Shown one piece after another: positions 50,401-63,000 of a stretch of 64,000 bases of DNA; positions within the stretch are counted from its first letter, which is position 1; every line of letters starts with the position of its first letter. Made by a program: the position numbers and the translations under genes. Origin of the DNA: Zygnema circumcarinatum SAG 698-1b (Eukaryota > Plantae > Zygnematophyceae); contig CM074805.1 in the NCBI GenBank assembly GCA_037447605.1, forward strand, positions 1,459,361 to 1,523,360, read 5' to 3'. The notes under the pieces were generated by a model that saw nothing but the letters and a program-made list of their open reading frames with translations, was not told the DNA's origin and made no database searches.

Positions 50401-51547
50401 TGTCCAAACAGTTCGGGCCTTGGGCCATAGGACTCAAGCATGAGTGTCAAACAGTTTTTTAAATGAGGCTGGACAATGTCACTTACTGAATCATGCTCTC
50501 GATTGATGATCAGAAGTCGCTTTTCTGACTGCTTTTCTTGATTGCAACGTAGATGCATTGTGAATTGCCTTTACGGGCAAAGATACTGATATTACAGCAT
50601 GCACCTCTGTTTTTCAATCACGTCTACTCTATGGTTGCCTTTTGTGGCAAAAGCTAGTGTTTCGCTCTCGTTTTGGCATGCTTGACTGGTATGTCTATTT
50701 TGACTTAGCTCCCAAAGCATCTTTACGATTGTTTTCTGAGTAACGACTGTTCAAGTTCACAAGAAACGTGAGATCGACAATGTCTGCTTCAAGGAAAGGA
50801 CATAAAGGGAAAGCCTTGCACATTTGAGATGCAATCTGGGAGATAGTCATTCGTTCTGTTCGCTACTCATCTCTTGAGGGCTGACATGCAGAATATCACC
50901 ATTCATGGAGTCTTTTGGGGAAGCTATATGACCCATCATCCGGTTGTGCTTAAAGAGTCTCTTCAGACACTGTTGAATTGGCTGGCGGAAGGTGCTATCT
51001 CAGTCAACGTTTCTCACCAGTTCAGTTTGACCGAGGTATGGGATGCCCACCCTTTACTGCTTAGCTCTGGTTGTTCAATAATTGGTGGTGATGAGGGAGA
51101 AAAGTTCACTAGCTTATTTGGAAAGGAGCTCTAGCCATACTTCCTTGAAACCACCTCAAAGAAACGTGTATCCCCTTCAGTTCCTATTCCTTGCCGAGTC
51201 AATAATTTTGTATATCAACTGGGTACTCAACTAGCTGCAAGCGAGCACTTCAGCCAGTGCTGCAGCGAACCATGGGCTTTATCCGGCATATCTTTCTGTC
51301 CTTTGGACATCCGACTTGTGCCTGTCTGGAGTCAAGCGGATGTGCCCAGCCCGTCAGTCTGTACCGCAGTTCTATTCGCAGGTCATCTTGCGCATGAATT
51401 GATGGTGTTTGGACGTATTGTGTGTTCCAACAGGCCAACGAGGCGTTTCGTGTGCTGCTGGCCCGCGATGTGGTTGGCAAAGTGATTCTGAAGATAGACT
51501 CCGACTCAATGGCGTCAGAAGACTTCCGTTACCACTCCAAGCTTTGA
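47423..51547 (+). CDS. Zeta-crystallin/quinone oxidoreductase-like MDR enzyme with C-terminal PTS1 (SKL)
   Basis: MKALVCQRLGNPT...VRIRVAAASLNFAD...PPLPFIPGSEVSG...VGDRV; AFGTAHLGL; VLLVLGAAGGVG; GVDVLFDPVGG; IGFASG; VGKVIL...HSKL*. Resembles the Arabidopsis At3g56460-type protein as recalled. Confidence 0.92.
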
Positions 51548-53214
51548 GATAGGCAATGCTATTTTGCCTCCTTTTGTATCAGACAAGTGACTGTTCCGCT
51601 GCCGCTAGGGATGTCATGCATGGCATGGTCATCGCCTCCGTCCATAGAGCGGGTGGAGTTGTGATATATGGTGCCAGTTTTGTCCTGCAAAAGGACACTT
51701 TTTTTTTCCTTTTTTTTTTCTTTATCCTTGCTGCTACCGATAATCAAACGGCAAGGAGCATAGCTTTGATGCCTTGTCAAATTTCAGACATGAGGTTGGT
51801 GCAATTCGATGATGTGCATGTGCCCATTCTTCCACGTCTGCTTAATCATTTTGGTTGTAGTAAATAGCTCACAACCGAAGCGCTTGTTGTGTTGTTTGTC
51901 CTTAGGTCCTTTGCGACCAGTTTCTCGTGGTTCCCCATGCTGATTTTGCCATCTCCATGTGATGGCATCGCCATCGTGATATCAGTGCCACATCCAACGC
52001 TTATTGTGCACGTTTTTCGGATGAACATGTGAAGGGTGCATGTTTGACAATGTGGGCATGCATGTGCTTGCAAGCCGTAGGGGCAAAGCCACTCGTGCAC
52101 CCTTCACATTGTCCCAGCCCGTACGGAAGCTCGTTATCTCCACCCTTGTGTGTCCCTGCGAATGGAGGCCTTTCTTCCGTAACTTGGGTTTTAACTCAAA
52201 CCCAACTTACGGAAAGTTATGTATGTCCTTGTGCAAGTTTTATTGAAGCGTTTACACCTACGGCCTCAGCACTACAACTTAGCCATAAAGCATGAGCTTC
52301 GTTCCGAGCTTTCATTTGCAACTGAAGCAGAGTTCTGACAGACATCTTTTACCATAGTGGCTCGTGAAAGGTTTGAGAAGTCAATTGCCTGGGATAGCTT
52401 ATCCTGACCATGAATTCCTTTCGTTCTGCCAACTTGAGTTTTGAGGGAGGGAAAAGGCATGTCTCCCACTTCTGAGTCAAGCTTCGGCCCCCCTTGAGCG
52501 ATTGGCTGCCCATGCAAGCCCAGCGTAGTTTGCGTCCTGCAAATGGCTGGCGACAAATGAGAAAAAAGGGACCCATAATGGCCCAATGGAAGGGCCGCCC
52601 CCAACGGTCAGAAGGCGCGGGCTCCTTTTGACCGTTCGAGGAAAAGTATGAATTCAAAACGAGGCCTGAAGCGAACTGCCGATATATCGGCTTTTCGATA
52701 GAGTCGATATTTCCCCGTTTTACTTTTTCCAAACGTTTTTCTGACTTGCCGAATGCTGCCCGCGGACCATTTTCCAGCCCAAATGGCCAAATCAGAAGCT
52801 CGGAGAGTTGCAGACTAAAAACGTAAATACAATTTGGAAAGGGAACCTTTGGAGAAATTTTAGTACGGGGAGGGCTGCTGCGCACAAGGCTCCGCTCTCC
52901 CTCGTTTCTCCCTCGTCTCCCTCCCTCGTCTTTCTCCATCTTCTCTGCAGCTGCTGGAGTGAGCTCCAGGAGGGCAGGGGCCGGCTGAGGGGAAACGGTT
53001 CCTGGCCTTGATTTAACAGGAGTCCTGGTTGAAGCCGAGAAGTCATTCCAGGAGGACAAGCAGTAGGACTTGGCAGGGGAGCTGCAGTGAGGAGCCACTG
53101 AATCCAATCGGCTGTCGGAAGCTTGAGTTTTTGTGCTGTAAGGAACATTCCATGGTCCTTGGTTATTTCTGAGTTGTGAGTTTAGCTCGTTACGATTGCT
53201 GCGACCTTTTTCTG

Positions 53215-55905
53215 ATGCGGTTTTCACGTTCGCCTGCAGACTTATCACTACGCACGCTCAACGCAATGTATTATCATTTGTCCGTTACAGTGTGCGCGCT
53301 GATTGCAACTTTGTTCCTCTCAATCAGAGCGGATGCCACCGAGGGCGTATCCGCGCAGGGCGAAAATCATCAAGAACGGGCAGACAAAGTCTTTCAGGTG
53401 ATGCATCAGCTTGCTGGTTGCAAACGTCCTCTCCAGCTGTGGATTATTCGTCGCTTAGGAAAGACGATGGATCATGTCGTGCTATGTAATTTAGTGTCGT
53501 TGCTTGGTCTATGTCATGGTATGCGGAGACATCAATCTCCAGAATTGGAAGCCTTTTCTGACTCTTTTGCGTGGCAACAGGTTTGGACCGATCACTATGG
53601 TTTGGAAACAGATGCGGGGCCGCCTCGCCGCATTCAGCTGCCAAGCAGAGGATCCATCTGGAAGCACGCAGAAGGCGACAAAGCACCATGGGCTCCTCAT
53701 TTGGAAGACTGCAATGAAGAGACGCAGACGAGAATTGCTTCAGAGACGAGGGGAGAGCACGGCTCGAATCCGGCATGGCTGCAAGAGCCTGCAAGACCGC
53801 CATGGGTATTAAATATTCCTTTCATATCTATGTTCTCGCAAGTTCATTCAGAGTTTTGGCAAAACTCTAGATTAAGGTCTGCTGAATTCGTTGACGAATT
53901 TTATTGCGATCTAGTCAATCCATAGTGTTTCCTTGAAAGGTAGTTGACTCGTATCGATAATATGAGCCTATCATGCAAATGATCGATCCGTCAGTATGAT
54001 TCTCAAAGCACCTTTTTGAGTGCAGATTAAAGGTGGAGACGCTGACAATCTTCCATTGACACGAATGGTGCAAGCGGACATATGGCAGCATCAATTTCCA
54101 ATGAATTGCAGCGATGAGAAGCATAAATTTGCACTTGTGAAGTGGACAAGTGCTCGTTCGCATGGCTTCGGCTCCCAGATACATGTCCTGGCTGGAGTTT
54201 TCAATGTCATTTTGGCATATGGCCGAATTCTCGTTCCATATCCGAAGACCTTCACTCGCGCAGACCATGCTGGCTGCAAAAGTAATTCTCAATCTCTTTT
54301 CCCAAAGCTTGGAATTTCATATTGGCTTCAATAGGTTAAAGAAAATATTGAAGGAGCGGTCATTGAAAGACAAAGGCATAAGAGTAGCGGGGAGAAAGAA
54401 CACAGGCCTTGCTCTTAAGAGATTCCCAACTGTCAGAGGCAAGTTCCACAATAAATTGACAAATATATGGTGCTCGCTCAGACTCTTAGAGCCGGGCTTC
54501 CTGTGACTAGAATCAGAGCTAACCTCCATTTGTTTTTAAAAACTTTGCAGACAGTAATCTGGGATCCCTTGACTGCTATTTTTTCCCGATGGCGTCGAAG
54601 GCATGTGAGGAGAGAGCCATGGACCTCCTACAGAAGTATCCTGCACCTGAAATCAATGTAACCACTGTATGGTCTGTTCTGGGGACGGAGGCACCGGTGG
54701 TTGTTATCGATGGGTGGCAGGTGCTCATAAGGAATAACGATTCATTCTCGTAAGTCAACATGCCGATGTCTTTATTCAAACGCACTCTGCTTTATCTGCA
54801 TGCTTTGCTGAAATTTTCCATTTGACGCTCACAACAACCTGGTACGCTTCTTCCGATGTGTTGTGCAGCAAATGGGGTGAACCTTGGAAGGACTCATACC
54901 CTGTTATCGAGCAACTCGGGGCCACTGTGTCTCTCGATCAGGTAAAGCCATGTTTTGGGCTCTCGTTCTCTCCTTGCACTTGCCTGTCCTTCTTTCTCCC
55001 TTTCTTACGAGTTTAATAATTCTACCTCTGCAGCGGTTATGGTGGAGGTCTCAAGCAGTTCGCTTCATCCTTCGCTGGCCCTCTGCATACCTCTGCCATC
55101 TTCTTAATCGCGCCCGCCATGAATCCTTTGGCCGGCATGCCGCCTCCCGTGTGGCTTTAGCAGAAGCAGGAATGTCTTTCGCGGCAAACATGAGTAGCAC
55201 CGCTTCGGAACAGGAACATAAAATCCTTAAGCGAATTGATTTGACTCGGTCTCCCCTTGAAAAGACGCTTTGGAAGCAGAGCCAACCCTACCTTCCTCGA
55301 CCCATACTGCACATGCATGTTCGGCTTGGGGACAAAAGCCGAGAAATGCATCTGTTTTCACTACATGCCCATATGTGGCTTGCGGAGAGACTTCGTCTAC
55401 ATGTGCCGAACTTGCAAAACATTTGGCTGACGACGGAGGTGCAGGTGAGTGTACATTCATAGGCCTTCTCCTCCTAAGGTTTCCCAGGCACCCGTCTTCC
55501 TTTTGAAGCTTTCCCATCATATTGCGGTGCTTGTTGACGTTTCGAGCTCCAAATTGTCCTTATCAAGATGTGCACTTCTTTCACGGGTATTTGTAAACTG
55601 ACGCGCTCGTTTATTGCATATGACAGAGCGTAATTGACGAAGTGAAAGTATATTCAGGCTGGAAATTCTTCTACTCAAGCGAGTCTCGCGGTGATGGGTC
55701 GGCTGATTTCCACCACTATGAAAGGCAGGGAGCAGCGAGAGCAACCATGGAGGGGAGCTACATCGTCAACTTGCTGCTGGCGTCAGAATGCGACTACTTT
55801 GTGGGTGCGCTGGGCTCAAATGGGCCTCAATTAGTGAACGAGCTTCGGCTGACGAGCGGAAAATTGAGCGGCGGCTTTTTGAGTCTAAATTCCCAGCGGT
55901 GGTAA
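53215..55905 (+). CDS. GT23 / alpha-1,6-fucosyltransferase (FUT8)-like glycosyltransferase
   Basis: N-terminal hydrophobic anchor; WQHQFP.NCS...HGFGSQIH; CYFFP; WWRSQAVRF; MHVRLGDK (GDP-fucose motif of FUT8-like enzymes); IWLTTE; NLLLASECDYFVGALGSN...SGGFLSLN..RW*. The 5' end and first-exon structure are uncertain. Confidence 0.78.
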
Positions 55906-57011
55906 AACACGGGTTGATTGACAACAGCAGATGGCTTGCGTTGAGAATAGTGGGTGGCAGAGACACACACGGCCTGGAAGAAAAAAGCGAATCATTTACT
56001 CGCGGTGTAGGAAGCAGCGCCAAGACCTGCGCCTTAAGGCTGCTTAAGGCGGCCAGGGGGGGTGCTCTTAGTAGGCTCTATAACGAAAAAGCGCTCCGCC
56101 GTCCTCCGAGCAATGGTTGGAGAGAGGGGACGGTGAAGGCAGAAGGCGGCCCCTCCCCTCCCAGTGGGCCTGCCAGCCTGCCGCCAACACTGTCTTGCAG
56201 CTTCCGGTTAGAAGCGCTTGCTGTGGACGAGGAACTGAACCAGTTTGAGCGCGTTATCAGCGTGATGACGATCATCACTATTGTGATGATGATGATTATT
56301 ATTATTGTTTAATATCATCACTATAGTTATTAATAATGTTTTTTTTTATGTTTTGGTCAAGGAGGTATCGATTGGCTGTGCCTCCGCAAGGAAGCCAATT
56401 CTTGTATTCCCCACGTGTTCGAAATGAAGTATTCCGGACATTCTACTTGTAACTGAACCTGCCCATCGCCGCATGTGCCGTGGCTGAATTTTAAACTGTG
56501 CATTCAGATTCAGGCTTTGTTCCCTTGTACCAGTCGGCTAAGTTTGGGCTCCCCTTGCCGCCTGGGAGTCGCTCTGCGCTTGCAACTGGCGCTAGGAGCT
56601 GCACATCAAAACCGTCATATTTTAAAAGTCCGCCACGCCACTTGGGGAGTATGACGAATGAAGCACTCAGCCCCTGCTGGGTTAAAGGCCGTCAAGGAAC
56701 GGAATCTCAGTAAGGTTGATCTATGAAGGGCGGTCCGCAACACACTTCTCTTCACAATCAATGCCTGTTGTACGGCCACCTGATAACAGACACAGAGAAA
56801 TGAGGGCATTTGCCACCTGCTCGGTCATTTCCATATCGAATTGTAACCTACCCCACGGTGCTGAGTCTGATTGAACGAATCAAGTTCGAGGTTGAACGCA
56901 GGGAGGTTACATCCCATCCTGGAAACAGGAGAAGAGATTGCGCCTCCTCCAGCATGGCTGCTCATGTGATCTAGAACTCTACAAGAACCCTAATCCTAAC
57001 ATGACTTGCTT

Positions 57012-60000
57012 TCAAAATGGCGGCAAACTCCCTCGTGACTGCCGTGCCCTGCTTGAAACCTTCACAGCCGGAAACCCTGCAGCCTGAAGTCTCACTACAA
57101 GCTCATTCTGGAGAGGCTCCACAGTGCGGTTATCTCCAATAGGGACACACCAAAACACCATCCCTTGGAGCCGCGGTTCATCCTGGTACACCTGCACTCG
57201 TCGGCGAATGTTCGGCGCCTGAAACCCCACTCCAAAGCCCGGCGAAATAGAGGATTAAGTCAACATTTGGGGGTGGATACCCCGAAACTTGCAGCTCATT
57301 ACTTAATCACCCAACCCATTCTCGCAGGGCTTCATCCCCAGTGAATGCGACTCACAATTCCAACGTGGTACTGCCCGTTTTGAAGACGGACAATGTACAC
57401 ATGTGACACCTTTGCTGCTTCGGATGGAGGCAGCTCCCCGGCCTTTAAAACTGCGATTGAGACTTCGTGGCCTATCACAGCACTGCACGCCTCTGCAACC
57501 ATTGATTTTAAATCCGCCGCACGATCCCCAGGAGACGACTCCATGGAGGAATGCTGCCACAGACGGCCATTTGCCAATTGAGCTCCCTCCTTCGTTTCTC
57601 GTCCTTGCCCCCTTTTTGTCTTGATTCCTATCTCAGCGGGGTCGAATGAAGAAGTACTGTCATCTGGTAGTGCGTCAGATACTGTATGCTGCTGATCAAA
57701 TACTCTATGGTTATGTTCATGTCCATTTATTACCAAAGACTCTACGAAGCCTCCATCTGCAGAGCTCTCTAATCTGGTTGCTGCATCCTCCTCATCCCTC
57801 GTGTCTCCCTCGCCGCCGGTCACTGGAGTTTCTTCATGAATTGAAGGCCAACTTCTGTGCCTTGCAACATCCGGTAGTGCTGGCGTCATCCTGCCCTCTA
57901 CACCCGAGCCGTCCAAGGTTCCCCCTCTCCCATTCGTGGAAAGAGAAGTAGCCGTTGCTACCTCTCTCCCATTCCAGCATCCAGTCATATCATTCCCGTC
58001 ATTGACATGCCGAATAGGAGCTCCCCCCTTCCCTAGGGTAATTTCCAGCAGCTCTCTGTAAACCTCCTCTCCACGCTTGACAAGGCGTAGAGGCACCCCC
58101 TCCTTCAGAGCCACACTAAACGCCAAAGACTCCCTGCGAACAGGTCAATGCCACACATTTGATCACCTTCAATACACTTTATTCCAACTCGCTCTCTCGC
58201 AGCCCTTGAAGGGTACAAAATGCGAGAGTTTCCTCATCATCTAATCATAAAGTATAGAACTTTCGACCATCAACTGAGCCTACAGTGTCCAGTCTCCTAC
58301 TCACCTACACTCTCCATCGACAAGTGTCCACGTCGGCTCTGTCTGTCCATTCTTCACTATTGTTCCCATAGCCTTTCGAGCCACATTTCCCGCCTTGAGC
58401 TTTATATCAAGCAAGCCATGGAGGTGCGTGGAAATAATTCCAATGCAGGCGCGCGAGGCCAACTCTTCCAAAGACGCAGCGACGAGGCCCGTCCCTTTCC
58501 CAACCTCTGTCCCTTTGCAGAGCTCATCCACGAGGACAAGACTCCTCCCGCTTGCTTCTGCGAGGATGGTACTCAGCTCCGACATCTCCATCTGCACAGG
58601 CAGCATAGCAGAGCAGCCCACTCACATGAAGAGCCACGCTTAACACCAACACTAGGGGCATTTTGACGTCTGTTTTACTCGAGAATCAATAGTTGTGGCT
58701 TTTGATTGTTAGGGCGTTATTGTGACAGTTCTTGGATGGACTTTGGTGGAACTAACTCGTTAGACTCAGCAGGCAACAAACGCATGCATGCTTCATTCAA
58801 GGAACATGAGCGTCAACTGATTTAAAGATAGACACCAGGCTTGGAATGCTCGAAATGAAAAGGAGTCCCTGTACACATAACACATGACACATAACTGTAG
58901 CAGAACACAAGAATCGTTTGAAACGTTGTCCATTTCACAATCCAGAACCCCAATACAATATGTCACGCAGCTACAATTACGTGCAGCAACCTCGCCCCGG
59001 TCGGCTCCTTTATCCATTCACTTTCATTTGTTCTCCCCCCTTCTGTCCGGAACTTCAGACAGAACGTATCCTCATCTAGCCCTCCCACCTCACCTGAAAA
59101 GAACTCTTTCCGTCTGCTGGGCTATCCGCTGCCATCATTCGGAGAAAGAAGGCGTCAAAGCGTGGCAGCCTTGCCTCCTTGGCAGGAACACATAACCCAC
59201 AGTTGGCCAGAAGAGCTGCAGCATATACTGAACGCAGAATGCTCGACTTTCCACCCCCATTGGGACCAGTTAATAAACACATTGAGTTTAAACTGACGGA
59301 GTTTGCCACGACTTGAGACCCCGTAAGGTTAAGCCAATAGGGAACGAGTCCTTCCAGTTGCAGTTGGCGGAGTGGTCGATATTCATTTGAGTCAACCTTT
59401 CGAGCTGTGCTGCCTTCATCCATGAGTGTGGCACGGACCCATCCTCTCCGCTGTGTCTCTCTGTATACCCCCAAAACAAAAGAATTTTCCTTACACTCCC
59501 ATCAGGACGCTTGTGCCACTCTCAAATACTTTCAGTTCCAAAAGGACCCAGTGGACAGGGTTACATAGGAAGAGAGCCTGAGAATTAATCAGCTGATGAC
59601 GAGATGATGGAGCTACACCGCTACTACCGTGACGACTAACTGCGGTATCAAACCAAGGGTTGTCCTCCCTGTTTTCCAAACCTTTCCTCGCCAAGATCAA
59701 AGACTCACATCATTCGAGAAAAAAACTGAGGGCAGTACCATTCATGAAATGACATGTGTCTTATTTTTCTATTCCTTGACTCGATTCTCGACTTTTGTAC
59801 CATAAACCTGCATGGTAAACCTGGGGACTTCACTCACATGAATTTGCGGTGGACCGTTCAAGAACTAGCTTGAGAGCACCTCAATGTAGTATAGTTGGAG
59901 GTGCAAAGCAATGCATGTGATATTCGTATTGAAGGCCGACAGGGGAGAAGGTAAAACGAGGAATGCAAATCAGAAGGACAAAAAGTTTAATGGACTTACT

Positions 60001-63000
60001 CTGTATGCTGGATCAAGGTGCATGCGATCACAGAAAAATTTGCAGCTGTGATGATTGAATCCAATTTGTCCTCTAGCTCAGATGCAAGCTTCTTGAGCAC
60101 AGCAATCACTGCCTCACAGGCTGCCTCACAGGCCTCGCGATACCTGCAGGCAAAAGCAGAGTAAGGGCACGGACCCACCGTTGACAAGATATGCTGCAGA
60201 TAGTAGTGCCAAGAGGGGGCTATTGGGAGAAGAATTGTTGGCTTGATACAGAAGAGGTGTAAATCATGTCCAGTTCTATGATGCAACAAAACTTGGAACG
60301 CCAAGCAAACATTATCAGTTCCTTGTCCTTTGAACCCTCTCTAATGTGCAAAAAACGGCCTTCAATCTCTTCATAGTACACTCCTTGGGCTTCTGTTAGC
60401 ATCAGAGTCTCCTCTCTCCCACCAAACTCAAACGACCTCTGCCTCCATAGTAACTCTTACTTCAATTGTCAGTTCATAGTCATGAAGCCTCTAAGCTTCC
60501 CATCTCATGAACTGCTAATCCCGCCACACATGTCATCCCCTGGAAGCCACAACCCTCACCCCCTGGCATTTGTCGCCTCCCTGGAAACATCTCAAACCCT
60601 ATAATCCCCGAAGCCATACCATAGCCCGGAGGGTGAGGGCGGGGGGCGGGTTACCTGGTGAGGGCCTCATCTACCTCGGGGCAGGTCCACCAGTCCTCTC
60701 CCACTTTGCGGGGAGTTCGGTTGCCCCTCTCCAGAGCGTGTTCCAGCGCCGCTGCCTGCTTCACTCCCGGCTGTGCGCCAAGCCGCATTTCCTCGGCCTG
60801 CCGAGGGCAGAAACATGCTATTGGTGTATTGGTGCTATTGGTGCTTGAACGACCTTGTTATCAAGTCTAACGATGCAGATTTCTTAGCAGAGCTATTGAG
60901 ACCCCAAAGGAGATTAAGCGGCTGGGATGAGTAGCTAGTGTTGTTTATTTGGTCTGTGAAAGAAAACAAGTAAACTATTCATAGACGGAGTCCTGGTCAT
61001 CCGCGATCAATGAATTTCCAGAAAGCACACAGCCTCCATCTTTGAAGCACTGACAAAGCGAAAATGGAGAAAGAGGTCTAAGGAAAAAATGTTGAGGATT
61101 GTCGTTGTACCGTTGGGCGCAAGCTCTTTCCCTTGAGATAAACACCTCCTTGATCCTTGCTGTATAGAATTTCCACCTTTCTAGACCTCGCTCTTGGGCC
61201 CGATCGTATCCATTGAACAATAGGTATGAACCACTCCTCCACCTGACGATGAGCCACACTACATCCAATCCTTCAGAAAATGAAGTGGCGATTCGAGTTC
61301 TATTTTCTGAAAATACTGGCCCACTCCACTCGACTTTCCTGGACCAAGATGATGAAGCGCCATTTTTTTGTATAAATCCAGCAACTATATTATCCTATTG
61401 TCACTACTTTAACAAGGGAACATCTGCTCCCATAATTAACGAGCGGCTCTGCTTTCTCACCGCATCGTTAAGGTCAGTCGCCGCGCTCTGCACCCTTGCG
61501 TAAGCATCTTCCACGTGTTTCGACTTCACTCGTCCCCGCCAGCTCGCCTCCTCCTCCATATAAAATTCCTGAAGAGGCTCCACTCCATCCAAGCCCTTGC
61601 TGCACATGGAGGCCATGGAAAGGGGATGAAGGGGGGCCTCCTCCGCCAGAACGTCGGCAATGCTTGCAGCAACTGCAGCACAATCTGAAACCTGTACAAA
61701 GTATGAGATGGGTCAGCTTACTTACGTTGGAACTCTCTACATATTGCTATTTACAAACAATGGTTCAGAAAGGCTGATGCCAAAACTCGTCTGACGAAGT
61801 CAACGTTGAAACGTGCCATCCTATCCTCCAGTAGGGGATACAAGAAACACACACAAGCAGGTATACCAGCTTACCAGCTGCTTTTTGTCCATATGGATCC
61901 CTGATGACAGCCACGTGGGGAGGAGGAGGTGCTCTCCAATAGGTTCAAGGGCTTCAACTTCAAACATGTACACCAGGTTTTCCGCTATGAGCCGAATTTT
62001 GCGGAGTTCCACGTGGTTCACCTCTCCTGCTCGAAGTAATTTGACCAGCTTTGAAGCAGGTTCTGTGTGGAATTCGGGTAGGGAGTCATGTACTGTAGAA
62101 AGGAGCCGACAGGCCCCTGCGATGCCTCCAAGCACGAGGCTGTCTGTCAGCATTTGTTAATTGAGAAGAAAGCGCAAGGACGAGGGGAAGGGAATGTGAA
62201 AGGCAAAATTGGAACGACAGAACACCTGCCTACTGCTTTCGAGTTTCACCTTGAGGTCTAAGTTGTGTTACGTCGTCAAGTTTAATGTCAGCAATATTAG
62301 CACGTATGTTAAAGGGCAGGGCGGGAAGATAGTGCCTAGTCTATACATCCAAATTGTGTTGAGGTCATAAAAAATAAAAAATGGAAATGGGTGCTGTCCT
62401 CCACAATAAAATACGTGAAAGTCTCCTACCATTTCTACGTGTTTCTTAACAAGCAGACGTCAGCACATTCGTGGCAGAAGGAGAATATTCAAACGACTTG
62501 AACTCGAAGAATATCGTCTCATTCAGCTACCATAATGTCCGCCATGATTCCGGCTAGATTGAAGGTCTACAAGCAGCAACACAGCAGTAATCCTAACGCA
62601 TGCACCTTGGATGGCGTCTGCCACATTTGAAGGAGGAGGATTGAGGAGAAGCTCCCGGAGGTAAATCTGGCAGAGCTTGTTGGCCTCCGTGGGAAGCAGC
62701 ACTTGCAGAAGGCTCGGAACGCCAACAGTCGCCTGCAGACCTGAAATGGGTCCAGGTCGCCTCTGCGGCGACAAGAGCTAATCAATGGACTGTACAAGCT
62801 AGCAGCAAAATATGGATATAGGGATTCCGTTCAACAGAAAGAAAGTAAGATCCCCTGAGGAAAGAAATAGCTCAGTCACAGGGCTTAAGGATAGAGGAGA
62901 CCTGCACTTCAGTGGGAGTGGCCAATGCACCCACGCACATACATTTTGTGTGATTCGACTTCGATTTGCATTGTCACGCATGTCCCGGAGGTCAAAAAGC

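Noticed and set aside
52349-53248. 299-aa minus-strand ORF
   Set aside because: No recognisable domain. It overlaps the GC-rich promoter and 5' region of the GT23-like gene in antisense.
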